Positions 25,483 to 35,030 of a stretch of 64,000 nt of DNA are shown one piece after another. A model generated the notes under the pieces. It saw nothing but the letters and a program-made list of their open reading frames with translations. It had not been told where the DNA came from and did no database searches. The position numbers and the translations under genes were made by a program. The first letter of the stretch is position 1, and the number at the start of each line of letters is the position of its first letter. This stretch comes from Octopus sinensis (lineage: Eukaryota). Location: positions 75,950,001-76,014,000 of the forward strand of contig NC_042997.1 of assembly GCF_006345805.1 (NCBI RefSeq), written 5' to 3'.

Positions 25483-27600
25483 TCTCTTATTATAAAAGGC
25501 AGATTTTATCTGCCTTCCTTTGTCTCTTATAGAAATCTACAATATAGGATTTCTTCAATTACAATTTACCTAGCATTTTTAAGAGTAGAATAAATTGGGT
25601 CGTGCCAGGTCCAGTTTTTAAAATTTCAACCCCAATTAAGCAAAATTTAGAGAAAACTCACATTGTGGTGTGTAAGTCAAGTGCTTTTCTTAGTGTGGGC
25701 TACAGCACACGCACACACACACACAAAAACAGAGCGATCTGCTTCACTCACGCTATCATCCTAATTTCTACTCCTTTCTCTTTGCAAGTGTGCAACGATT
25801 AAAGTGAAACTATTTCTATAAAACGAGAGAAGTGAACCTTAAACCACTACTCAAAAAAAAACAGCAAACAGAAACAAATAAATACATAACGATTTACTCC
25901 TCACACAATTTCTTCAATTACAGTTTACCTATGATTTTTACAAGTACTTCCATTCGGTCATGCCATACAAAATTTCTTTCAATTTCACCCCCAATTAAGA
26001 CAAAATTCGAGAAAACTCAATATTTTAACATTTCACTCCGAAAGCATTGATGTACATGTGTGCGTGCGTGAGTGTGTGTGTGTGTGTGTGTGTTTGATGG
26101 GATGTGCGACACAGAAAGTGTGGTGTGTAAGTGAAGTGCTTTTGTTAGTGTGTGTAAAGAGACAGAGAGAGTAATGTTGTGATGTGTACCTAAAGCACGC
26201 ACACACACACACACACAAGTGGAGCGCGAACTTCAAAACAACTTCGCGCGCTATCTATCTGGTTTGCCATTCCTCACACACACGCATACACATACATATA
26301 TGACAGTGACAAACACAAACGTTTCAAACAACTACATACAAACACTCAAACACACACACACGTGTGTGTTTGTTATTAGTAAAAAAGGCGCCAAACACAA
26401 CTCACTTCTCATTCGAACACATTTACAAGAACACACCGACGGTCGGATTGCCATAACAATACAGAAAAGATAAATTGGTTTTTAATTTACTTTCTGTTGT
26501 TAAATTTTGGTAGTATTAATTGGTGAGCGTACTTCCGTTGTCAATTGTTGACAGAAGGAAATTATAAGCTAAGAAGGTGTGTGTGCGTGCACGTGTGTCT
26601 GTGTGTGTGTGTAAGTGTGTGTGTGTGTGTGTGTAGGAAGTGAAGGATAAAAATATTGCAAGAAGTGGACAGATGTACATATATACCTCCATACATACAT
26701 GTGTGTGTGTGTCTATGTATGTGTATTAATGTGTGTGTGTTATCGCTTATTATAAAAGGCAGATTTTATCTGCCTCCCTTTGTCACTTATAGAAATCTAC
26801 AATATAGGATTTCTTCAATTACAATTTACCTAGCATTTTTAAGAGTAGAATGCATCGGGTCATGCCAGGTCCAGTTTTTAAAATTTAAACTCCAATTAAT
26901 CAAAATTTACAGAAAACTCACATTCTGGTGTGTATGTCAAATGCTTTTCTTAGTCTGGTTTACAGCACACGCAAACGCACACACACAGTGTGCAACGAAT
27001 AAAGTGAAACTAATTCACTGTGTGTGTGTTGACAGGTAGACAATAGAATGCGATGGCTATGGCGATGTAATATTTGTTTCTGTCTATGACGCTGATAAAA
27101 GCATTGATGTACATGTGTGCGTGCGTGAGTGTTTGTGTGTCATTCCTCACACACACGCATACACATACATATATGACAGTGACAAACAAACGTTTCAAAC
27201 AACTACATACAAACACGTGTGTGTTTGTTAATATAGGATTTCTTCAATTACAATTTACCTAGCATTTTTAAGAGTAGAATGCATCGGGGCATGCCAGGTC
27301 CAGTTTTTAAAATTTAAACTCCAATTAAGCAAAATTTACAGAAAACTCACATTCTGGTGTGTATGTCAAATGCTTTTCTTAGTCTGGTTTACAGCACACG
27401 CAAACGCACACACACAGTGTGCAACGAATAAGGTGAAACTAATTCACTGTGTGTGTTTGTTATTAGTAAAAAAGGCGCCAAAACACAACTCACTTATCAT
27501 TCCAACACATTTGCAAAGACACACGGACGGTCGAATTGCTATAACAATACAGAAAAGGTAAATTGGTTTTTATTTTACTCTGTATATATTTTATTATATA
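25483..27600 (+). mobile_element. Rearranged Helitron pieces (family starting TCTCTTATTATAAAAGGCAGA)
   Basis: A|TC starts at 25483 and 26743, with a third copy at 29699. Duplicated internal blocks lie at 26040-26480 and 27090-27580. The 3' ends were not located. Confidence 0.55.
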
Positions 27601-27627
27601 ATATTATATATAGATATCATCATCAAA

Positions 27628-28693
27628 CCCTTTCGTTACCAAACTGCCCGAAAAAAATTTTGGTTAATGTGACCAAGCTGCCCGAATTTACCTATTCATA
27701 TTTAAATGAGAATATCAGAGTAAATCTCTTTAGAACATTCGTGAAAACACGTATTATACTTTGTAAACAGTTCAACTACAGTTTTGTACAAAAATCGAAG
27801 TGTAATTTTAATTCCGTGAATTATGGGAGATTTTTTTCCGAAATTTGTTCCTATTGTGTTTTCAAAATTTGTAATTCTGACAAAAAATGGATACGAATTT
27901 CATTATATCAAGCAGCGAGTCAGAATTCGAAGGATTTTCTACTGAAGACCTTCATAAATCTAACTCTATGACTGAAAAAAAAAAGCATGTGGTATTTGAT
28001 AATGAATCTGATGTTTCATTTTCCGAAAGTGAAAACAGTGAATCTGAGATCTCCGACAGCGATAAAGAAAATGATTTGGCACCTGAATGGAGTGAAAATT
28101 TAAAAACTGTTTCTTTCGGTGATTTCTCTGAAGAAACTGGACCAAGCCACAGACTTTCCCAGAAGAGTAAAGCCTTAGACTATTTCTTTTTACTTTTTCG
28201 AATGAGCCTATTTGAAATCATTACGGCAGAAACGAACTGTTACGCTCAACCTAAACAAAGCGAAAGAAACGATAGTTTGTTATTTCCCACAACCTTAAAT
28301 GAAATTAAGGCCTATTTTGCCATAAATATTATTATGGGTATTAGAAAGTTACCCAGAATAACAAATTCTATCGTAAAATTTTGTTGTATACCCAATTGAA
28401 TATTAGCTAATAACCCATTTTCTATAGCGATGTTTGAACAAAATTTTAATAATTTTATATATTGTTGAATTTACCTGTATCTACCTGCAATTAGAGTCAC
28501 TTTGTGACAAAAATTATAGTATAGAATTGGTTGAGAACATTTCACTAAATTATCTTCCAAAAATCAGATTAAATATTCATAAATAAAAAAGTTATAGTTG
28601 TTTAATGAAACCAGACTAAATTTATGATTACGTTAGAAATTAATTGAAACACATAAGGGGTGTATTTTGGTCAGAAATATAGTAACGAAAGGG
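27628..28693 (+). mobile_element. Internally deleted piggyBac
   Basis: Ends CCCTTTCGTTAC...GTAACGAAAGGG-TTAA (left TSD degenerate). ORF 27887-28399 MDTNFIISSSESEFEGFS...FEIITAETNCYA...KAYFAINIIMGIRKLP is the transposase N-terminus only. Confidence 0.85.
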
Positions 28694-28813
28694 TTAAGAA
28701 AAACAAAAAAATATTTTATTCTTTGTAAATGTTGTGTTCAAAATAACATACGTGGCTTATATCTTTATATATAAAAGTAAATGTTGTGTTCAAAATAACA
28801 TACGTGGCTTATA

Positions 28814-29210
28814 TCTTTATATATAAAAGTGAAGTTGTGTGTCTGTCTCCTACGATTTAGATTCGTAACTACTCCCACATTTTGCGGTGCAGTTTAACCA
28901 AAAGCGGGTATCTTATAGTCGTGATTCATATTGAGCCCTTCTGGGTATTAGCGCGTGTCTACGATGAGTCTACGATTTAAAAAAATTTACCATCATATTT
29001 TTCCATTTTAATGCATATTTTTCGTTATTATATAAGGGAAGTAACTCTCTAAAAATATCTACGATGTGTCAACGATTTAAAAAAAAAATTACCTTAATCT
29101 TTTTTCAATTTTTAATGCATTTTTTTGCTATTCTTTGGCTATAACTCTCTAAAAATGCTTATATAGTTATTTCCCTTACAAACCCGAGCAACGCCGGGCG
29201 ATACTGCTAG
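28814..29210 (+). mobile_element. Non-autonomous Helitron (397 bp)
   Basis: A|TCTTTATATATAAAAG start and CCCGAGCAACGCCGGG hairpin plus CTAG end. Confidence 0.8.
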
Positions 29211-29567
29211 TCTCTATATAAAGCTGAAGTTGTCTGTGTGCGCCACGTTTGGTAACCTTCAACTAACACTATCTCCTCCGAGACCCTGCGGCGCAAGTTG
29301 ACCAAAATTGAGTGTATGATAGAAGAAGGGTTGCTCTTCCTTCTGTAGAACATAAAATTCAAATCGGACCATGTTAACACCAAAAATTATTTACATCAAA
29401 AAGCTGCTTTTTTCTATGAAAATCCCTATTTTTTACGATTTTTTCACTGCTGTGTCGCCACTTTTCGGTATATTTCAACCAGAAAAATGTTCACAAAATT
29501 TTTACTTTTCAAAATTACAATTCCAGCGGGTTGAAACAAACCCGAGTAATGCCGGGCGATACTGCTA

Positions 29568-29568
<1 letters not shown>
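29211..29568 (+). mobile_element. Non-autonomous Helitron abutting the previous one (CTAG|TC)
   Basis: TCTCTATATAAAG start and CCCGAGTAATGCCGGG hairpin plus CTAG|T end. Confidence 0.75.
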
Positions 29569-29599
<31 letters not shown>

Positions 29600-29634
29600 A
29601 TATATATGTATGTATATATATATATATATGTATG

Positions 29635-29697
<63 letters not shown>

Positions 29698-30402
29698 ATC
29701 TCTTATTATAAAAGGCAGATTTTATCTGCCTCCCTTTGTCTCTTATAGAAATCTACAATATAGGATTTCTTCAATTACAATTTACCTAGCATTTTTAAGA
29801 GTAGAATACATCGGGTCGTGCCAGGTCCGGTTTTTAAAATTTCAACCCCAATTAAGCAAAATTTCGAGAAAACTCACATTGTGGTGTGTAAGTGAAGTGC
29901 TTTTCTTAGTGTGGGCTACAGCACACACACACGCACACACACACAAACGGAGCGAACTGCTTCAGTGATGCTATCACCCTAATTTCTCCTCCTTTCTCTT
30001 TGCAAGTGTGCAACCATTAAAGTGAAAGTATTTATATAAAACAAGAGAAGTGTACCTTAAACCACTACTCAAAAAAAAAACAACACAGCAAACAGAAACA
30101 AATAAATACATAACGATTTACTCCTCACACAATTTCTTCAATTAGAGTTTACCTATGATTTTTCAAAGTACTTCCATTCGGTCATGGCATACAAAATTTC
30201 TTTCAATTTCACCCCCATTTCAGAAAAAATTTGAGAAAACTAAATATTTTACCATTTCACTATTTCACTCTGCATTCCCACTGCCTCTTTACACACATAG
30301 ACACGCAAATATATAAATAAAATTGTAAGCTAACGTGCGTGTGTGTGTGTGCGTGAGGGTGCGTGTGTGTGTGTGTGCGCGTGTGTGTGAGTGTGTGACA
30401 GG

Positions 30403-31888
30403 AAAGTTTTTTAGGACGAAAATAAGATCTAAAGTATATCCAAGTAGCAGAAAGATCGCCCAAAAGTGTATATAGATATATAAATGTATTTATATATTCA
30501 TCTATGCACATATGTATGTATAACGTGTGTGTATATATTTCCATAGAGGTAACCATTCACTCCATACAAAGTTTTTTAGCACGAAAATAAGATCTAAAGT
30601 ATATCCAAGTAGCAGAAAGATCGCCCAAAAGTGTATATAGATATATAAATGTATTTATTGTCTACCGTTTAAATGTTTTGAACTTATAACCACCAATCTG
30701 CTTTGCTTTCCTTCTTCTTTCTCTATGCCACCCTAAAAACATCGCCATTCCCGCCCGTTTCTCTAAAGTACCTTCAATCCTTTAATTCGATCTTCACCAT
30801 TCACTATCATTTCTTTTCCGACTCACAGCGATGTCTATTAGCAAGCTAAGAAGATTTTCTCCTTTCTTTTTCATACATACATACATACATTTGTCTACCG
30901 TTTAAATGTTTTGAACTTATAACCACCAATCTGCTTTGCTTTCCTTCTTCTTTCTCTATGCCACCCTAAAAACATCGCCAATCCCGCCCGTTTCTCTAAA
31001 GTACCTTCAATCCTTTAATTCGATCTTCACTATTCGCGGTGCGCCCGCCCTTCCCCACCACCAATACCGGTGAACACTGTTCTCACTGTTCACACCATCT
31101 ACACCGGATATGCCCTCCCTCACCACCATTATGTGTGTCTCTCCCTCCTACCCCTCCTCCTCACATGCTTTCACTGTGTGCTACCCCCTCCACCAAGACA
31201 AGCAGCTAGCGCCGCAGCTCATCAACCCCCCCCACCTATCCTACGTTTCCTCCTGTTTTTGAATCTGTCACTGCCTCAACCGGCTATCTCCTTCCAGTCC
31301 CCTCCCCCACTCGTGAAGTCCTACGAACCTGCATCAACCCTAGCTGCAACCCTCCCCACTGGTGCTTCCCTATATTACCTGCACCCCCAAAAAGCACCAT
31401 CCGAACGTGACCGATGCCAGACCTACCCTGGCACCTGTGCAGGTGGCATGTAAAAAGCACCCACTCCACTCGCGGAGTGGTTGGCGTTAGGAAGGGCATC
31501 CAGCCATAGAAACTCTGCCAGATCAGACTGGAGCCTGGGGCAGCCCCTGGCTTCCCAGACCCCGGTCAAACCGTCCAACCCGTGCTAGCGCGGAAAACGG
31601 ACGTTAAACGATGATGATGATGATGATGATATTCATCTATGCACACATGTATGTATAACGTGTGTGTATATATTTCCATAGAGGTAACCATTCACTCCAT
31701 ACAAAGTTTTTTAGCACGAAAATAAGATCTAAAGTTATCTCTAAGAAAAAGAAAGATCGCCCAAAAGTGTATATAGATATTTAAATGTATTTATATATTC
31801 ATCTATACACACATGTATGTATAATGTGCATGTATATATTTCCATAGAGATAACCATTCAATCCATACAAAGTTTTTTAGAACGAAAA
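30403..31888. repeat. ~165-bp tandem repeat interrupted by an RTE-derived element
   Basis: aaagttttttag recurs at 30403, 30568, 31703 and 31869. The spacing is 163-166 bp once 30659-31630 is removed. Confidence 0.85.
30659..31630 (+). mobile_element. Non-autonomous bipartite RTE derivative with duplicated 5' extension
   Basis: A 233-bp unit plus a partial repeat (30658-31030), the RTE 5' core cggtgcgcccgccc...ccaccaataccgg (31037-31070), an unassigned middle, then the RTE 3'UTR and (GAT)n tail. No EN or RT sequence. Confidence 0.75.
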
Positions 31889-32734
31889 TCTTTATATATA
31901 AAACAAAGGTTGTGTGTCTGTCTACTCCGATTTAGATTCCTAACTACTCCCACATTTTGCGATGCAGTTTAACCAAAACCGGGTATCTTATAGTCGTGAT
32001 TCATATCGAGCCCTTCTGGGTATTAGCGCACGTCTACGATGAGTCTACGATTTTACAAATAATTTACCATCATTTTTTTCCATTTTAATGCATATTTTTT
32101 AAATAAAGGGAAGTAACTCTCAAACTTCATACCAACATGCGTGCTCATATGCGACATAATATCACATCAGCAGCATTTCCTCACACCCTCCTTGCACTTG
32201 GCGAAGGCAAAATACCAGGGTATGAAAATGGTAATATTGCCATCGATTCCATTTGTACCATTGTTAAGACGCCTTCTGATCTCAGAGATGCAGTGTTCCC
32301 AGATCTACAAGCTAATTATCAGAATATGGATTGGATTGGCCAAAAGGCTATACTGGCCCCGAGGAATAAAACTGCTCACCATATTAATGATGAAATGCTA
32401 AAACTCATTCCTGGGGAAGTCTATGTATATCAGTCTATCGATACAACTCCTGACCCAGAGGACGTCATCAACTATCCAATAGAGGTACTCAATTCCTTTG
32501 AGCACCCCGGACTACCCCCACACTTTCTCAAACTTAAAGTTGGTGCCCCTATAATGCTCATCAGATATTTGGTTCCCCCAAAACAATGCAATGGCACACG
32601 TTTGATCGTTAAGTCCTTATCTCCCACCGTAAACTTATATCAATATTTGCCTGAATAATCATCATAATTCAGTGCAATCATTAACAGTACTTTCAAGCAA
32701 TTCAGCCCCGAGCAACGCCGGGCAATTCTGCTAG
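31889..32734 (+). mobile_element. Helitron deletion derivative retaining a helicase fragment
   Basis: A|TC start like 28814, and hairpin plus CTAG|T end. The internal ORF is a PIF1-like RepHel fragment. Confidence 0.85.
32137..32658 (+). pseudogene. Helitron RepHel PIF1-like helicase fragment
   Basis: Translation contains KAILAPRN, YPIEVLNSFEHPGLPPHFLKLKVGAPIMLIR and CNGTRLIV. Confidence 0.9.
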
Positions 32735-33206
32735 TATAAATATAAAGGGAAAGTTTACGAAAATAAACAAAAGACGAAGGCAGGAGGTGTACAAACAAAC
32801 AAATGTATTAGTATAGCATTCAGGAATAGAAAAAGTCATTTACGTTTCAAGCCTATGATCTTCTACAGAAAGAGACACAGAAAAAAACAAGGAGAGAAAA
32901 AAAATGTGTGTAGTAGCTAACGATCTATCATATATAAATATATATGAGCAACAGACAAGAACACACATACACACACGTACGTACGTACACCTATTGCATG
33001 TTTTGTGCATGCATACATGTTCATAAACTGAAATGAATGGAAAAAATGTTGTTAAATTTGTAGATAACACTTGCATGATTTTCATTAAGAAAAGAAATCG
33101 GGTTTTTTTGCATGGAATCAAATACTCTGGCCTCAAAACACATTTTGTGGTCTGTGAAACGGAGTGGGGTGTGGTGGAAGCCTTGCAAATTGTACCCATT
33201 TATATT

Positions 33207-33601
33207 ACTCTCTCTTTTTACTCTTTTACTTGTTTCAGTCATTTGACTGTGGCCATGCTGTAGCACCGCCTTTAATCGAGCAACTCGACCCCGGGACTTA
33301 TTCTTTTTGTAAGCCCAGTACTTATTCTATTGGTCTCTTTTGCTGAACCGCTAAGTAACGGGGACATAAACACACCAGCATCGGTTGTCAAGCAATGCGA
33401 GGGGGACAAACACACATACATATATATATACATATATACGACAGGCTTCTTTCAGTTTCCGTCTACCAAATCCACTCACAAGGCTTTGGTCGGCCCGGGA
33501 CTATAGCAGAAGACACTTGCCCAAGATGCCACGCAGTGGGACTGAACCCGAAACCATGTGGTTGGTTAGCAAGCTACTTACCACACAGCCACTCCTGCGC
33601 C
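33207..33601 (-). mobile_element. tRNA-derived SINE with conserved central domain (MetaSINE-like, from memory)
   Basis: The minus strand begins GGCGCAGGAGTGGCTGTGTGG (A box), then GGTTCAGTCC (B box) and the core GCCTTGTGAGTGGATTTGGTAGACGGAAAC. TATT is duplicated at both flanks, and the empty site is visible at ~40140 in reverse complement. Confidence 0.8.
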
Positions 33602-33791
33602 TATTGTGTAATTCACTGACAAATTATTACTCACCTCTTTGTTTTTTTGTTGTTCAATAAATGGATTGTCAACAAAACACTTTTTTACTCAGCGTAAAAT
33701 AAAAACAAAACTCTTTCGCACCCAAAGTAATGTGTGTGGGAGAGAGAGGGGGGGAGAAAGATGAATGATTTAAAATAAATATATTGTAATT

Positions 33792-34529
33792 CGTTTTTGG
33801 ATTTGGTTTGCAAGATTCTTTATATGAGTTCGTGTGTTGAAGCATATTCTGTTGTGTCTGGGGAGAATCATTTTCTTTTTGTGCCTTATTATTTAACACA
33901 CTCACTGGTAAAATTTCCAGTTATTTCTTATTTTTATTTTCCTAAAATTTTTGTTGCGTCTTGCAACCTTTTCAATAGTTTTGACACTGTACGTTATTTA
34001 CACTGCGTTCCCTTTTGTTTGTTTGTGCGCATGTGTGTGCCTATACATGCACGCATGTACATATGCATGTGTGTATGTGTTTGCATGTGTTTGTATGTAT
34101 ATATGTGTGTGTATGCATATGTATATATATATATGTATGCGTGTGCATCTGTATGTACGTATCCTGCATATTTATGTGCTTGCCTGTCCGTGTTTGTGTA
34201 TTTTCTATGTTTGTGTGTGTGAGCATGTCTGTATATATATGCACCTCTGTCTCCTTGTGTGTGCATATCTGTGTGTGTTATGTAACTATGTACCATGTTT
34301 GTATGTATGAATGTGCATCTTTATATGTGTGAATCCGTGTCTCCATATCTGTCTGTTCATAAAGTCTATATACCTATCCGTCTGTATATTGATCTGTTCA
34401 TTTACATATCTAACATACAAACACATGCAAACACACACACACACACACACAGACATACGTGCATGTATAGGCACACACACACACACACACACACACATGT
34501 GCACAAACAAACAAAAGGGAATGCAGTAA
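33792..34529. mobile_element. Insertion with 9-bp direct repeat and an internal TG/CA-rich foldback
   Basis: ATTGTAATT at 33783-33791 and 34530-34538, with the empty site at ~39655. Inverted arms CTGCGTTCCCTTTTGTTTGTTTGTGC (~34002) and GCACAAACAAACAAAAGGGAATGCAG (34501). Confidence 0.5.
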
Positions 34530-35030
34530 ATTGTAATTGCTGTGTGAGAAAGTATATTTACTATGATTATAAAATATAGTGTCTTTCAAAAACAAAAAAC
34601 AAAACATTTTACATTTTATTTTTTATGAACAACATCAATTACTCTCTTTCTCTCTCACTTTGTCTTTCCTGTGAAACTCTCTGCCTCCTTCTTCCACTTT
34701 TCTTTATCTTACAAAAAGTAATGGCCAATATGTTTTGTGGCTAAAAGCTATGTCTGAAAATAGATATTTACACTATCCACGGGTGCCATTTGACAAAACC
34801 TAGATAGGATGTTGACAAATGTCCTCCTAAAATTGGAGCGACATGTGTGCTAATTTGTGGACGTGCATAAATTACAATCACGTACACACACACACATCTT
34901 CCCTTTTATAGATATGACTAGCAGTGTAACCCGGCCTTGCCCAGGATTAAGTTAAGATTAAGCTAATCAAGTTCTTTATTTCAAACCAAACTAAGTAATA
35001 TAGACGTTTAATTTGGGTGAAATCCGTTGA

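Larger units (their letters stand above)
25281..34917 (-). mobile_element. Non-autonomous Helitron C, inflated by ~7.4 kb of nested insertions at its (TA)n tract
   Basis: On the minus strand the 5' end is TCATATCTATAAAAGGG (34917) and the 3' end is a hairpin plus CTAG|T (25281). The body at 32925-34917 and the tail at 25281-25480 match Helitron B (39883-40668). Joining the two halves into one element is an inference. Confidence 0.6.

Noticed and set aside
32760-32920. Penelope-like terminal fragment (similar sequence near 53780-53850)
   Set aside because: Only a short motif resemblance from memory, with no RT or GIY-YIG sequence. Not supportable as a feature.
33951-34607. Cys/Val/His/Thr-rich ORFs (also 26017-27262 and 29531-29968)
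   Set aside because: These are translations of TG/CA/TA microsatellites.
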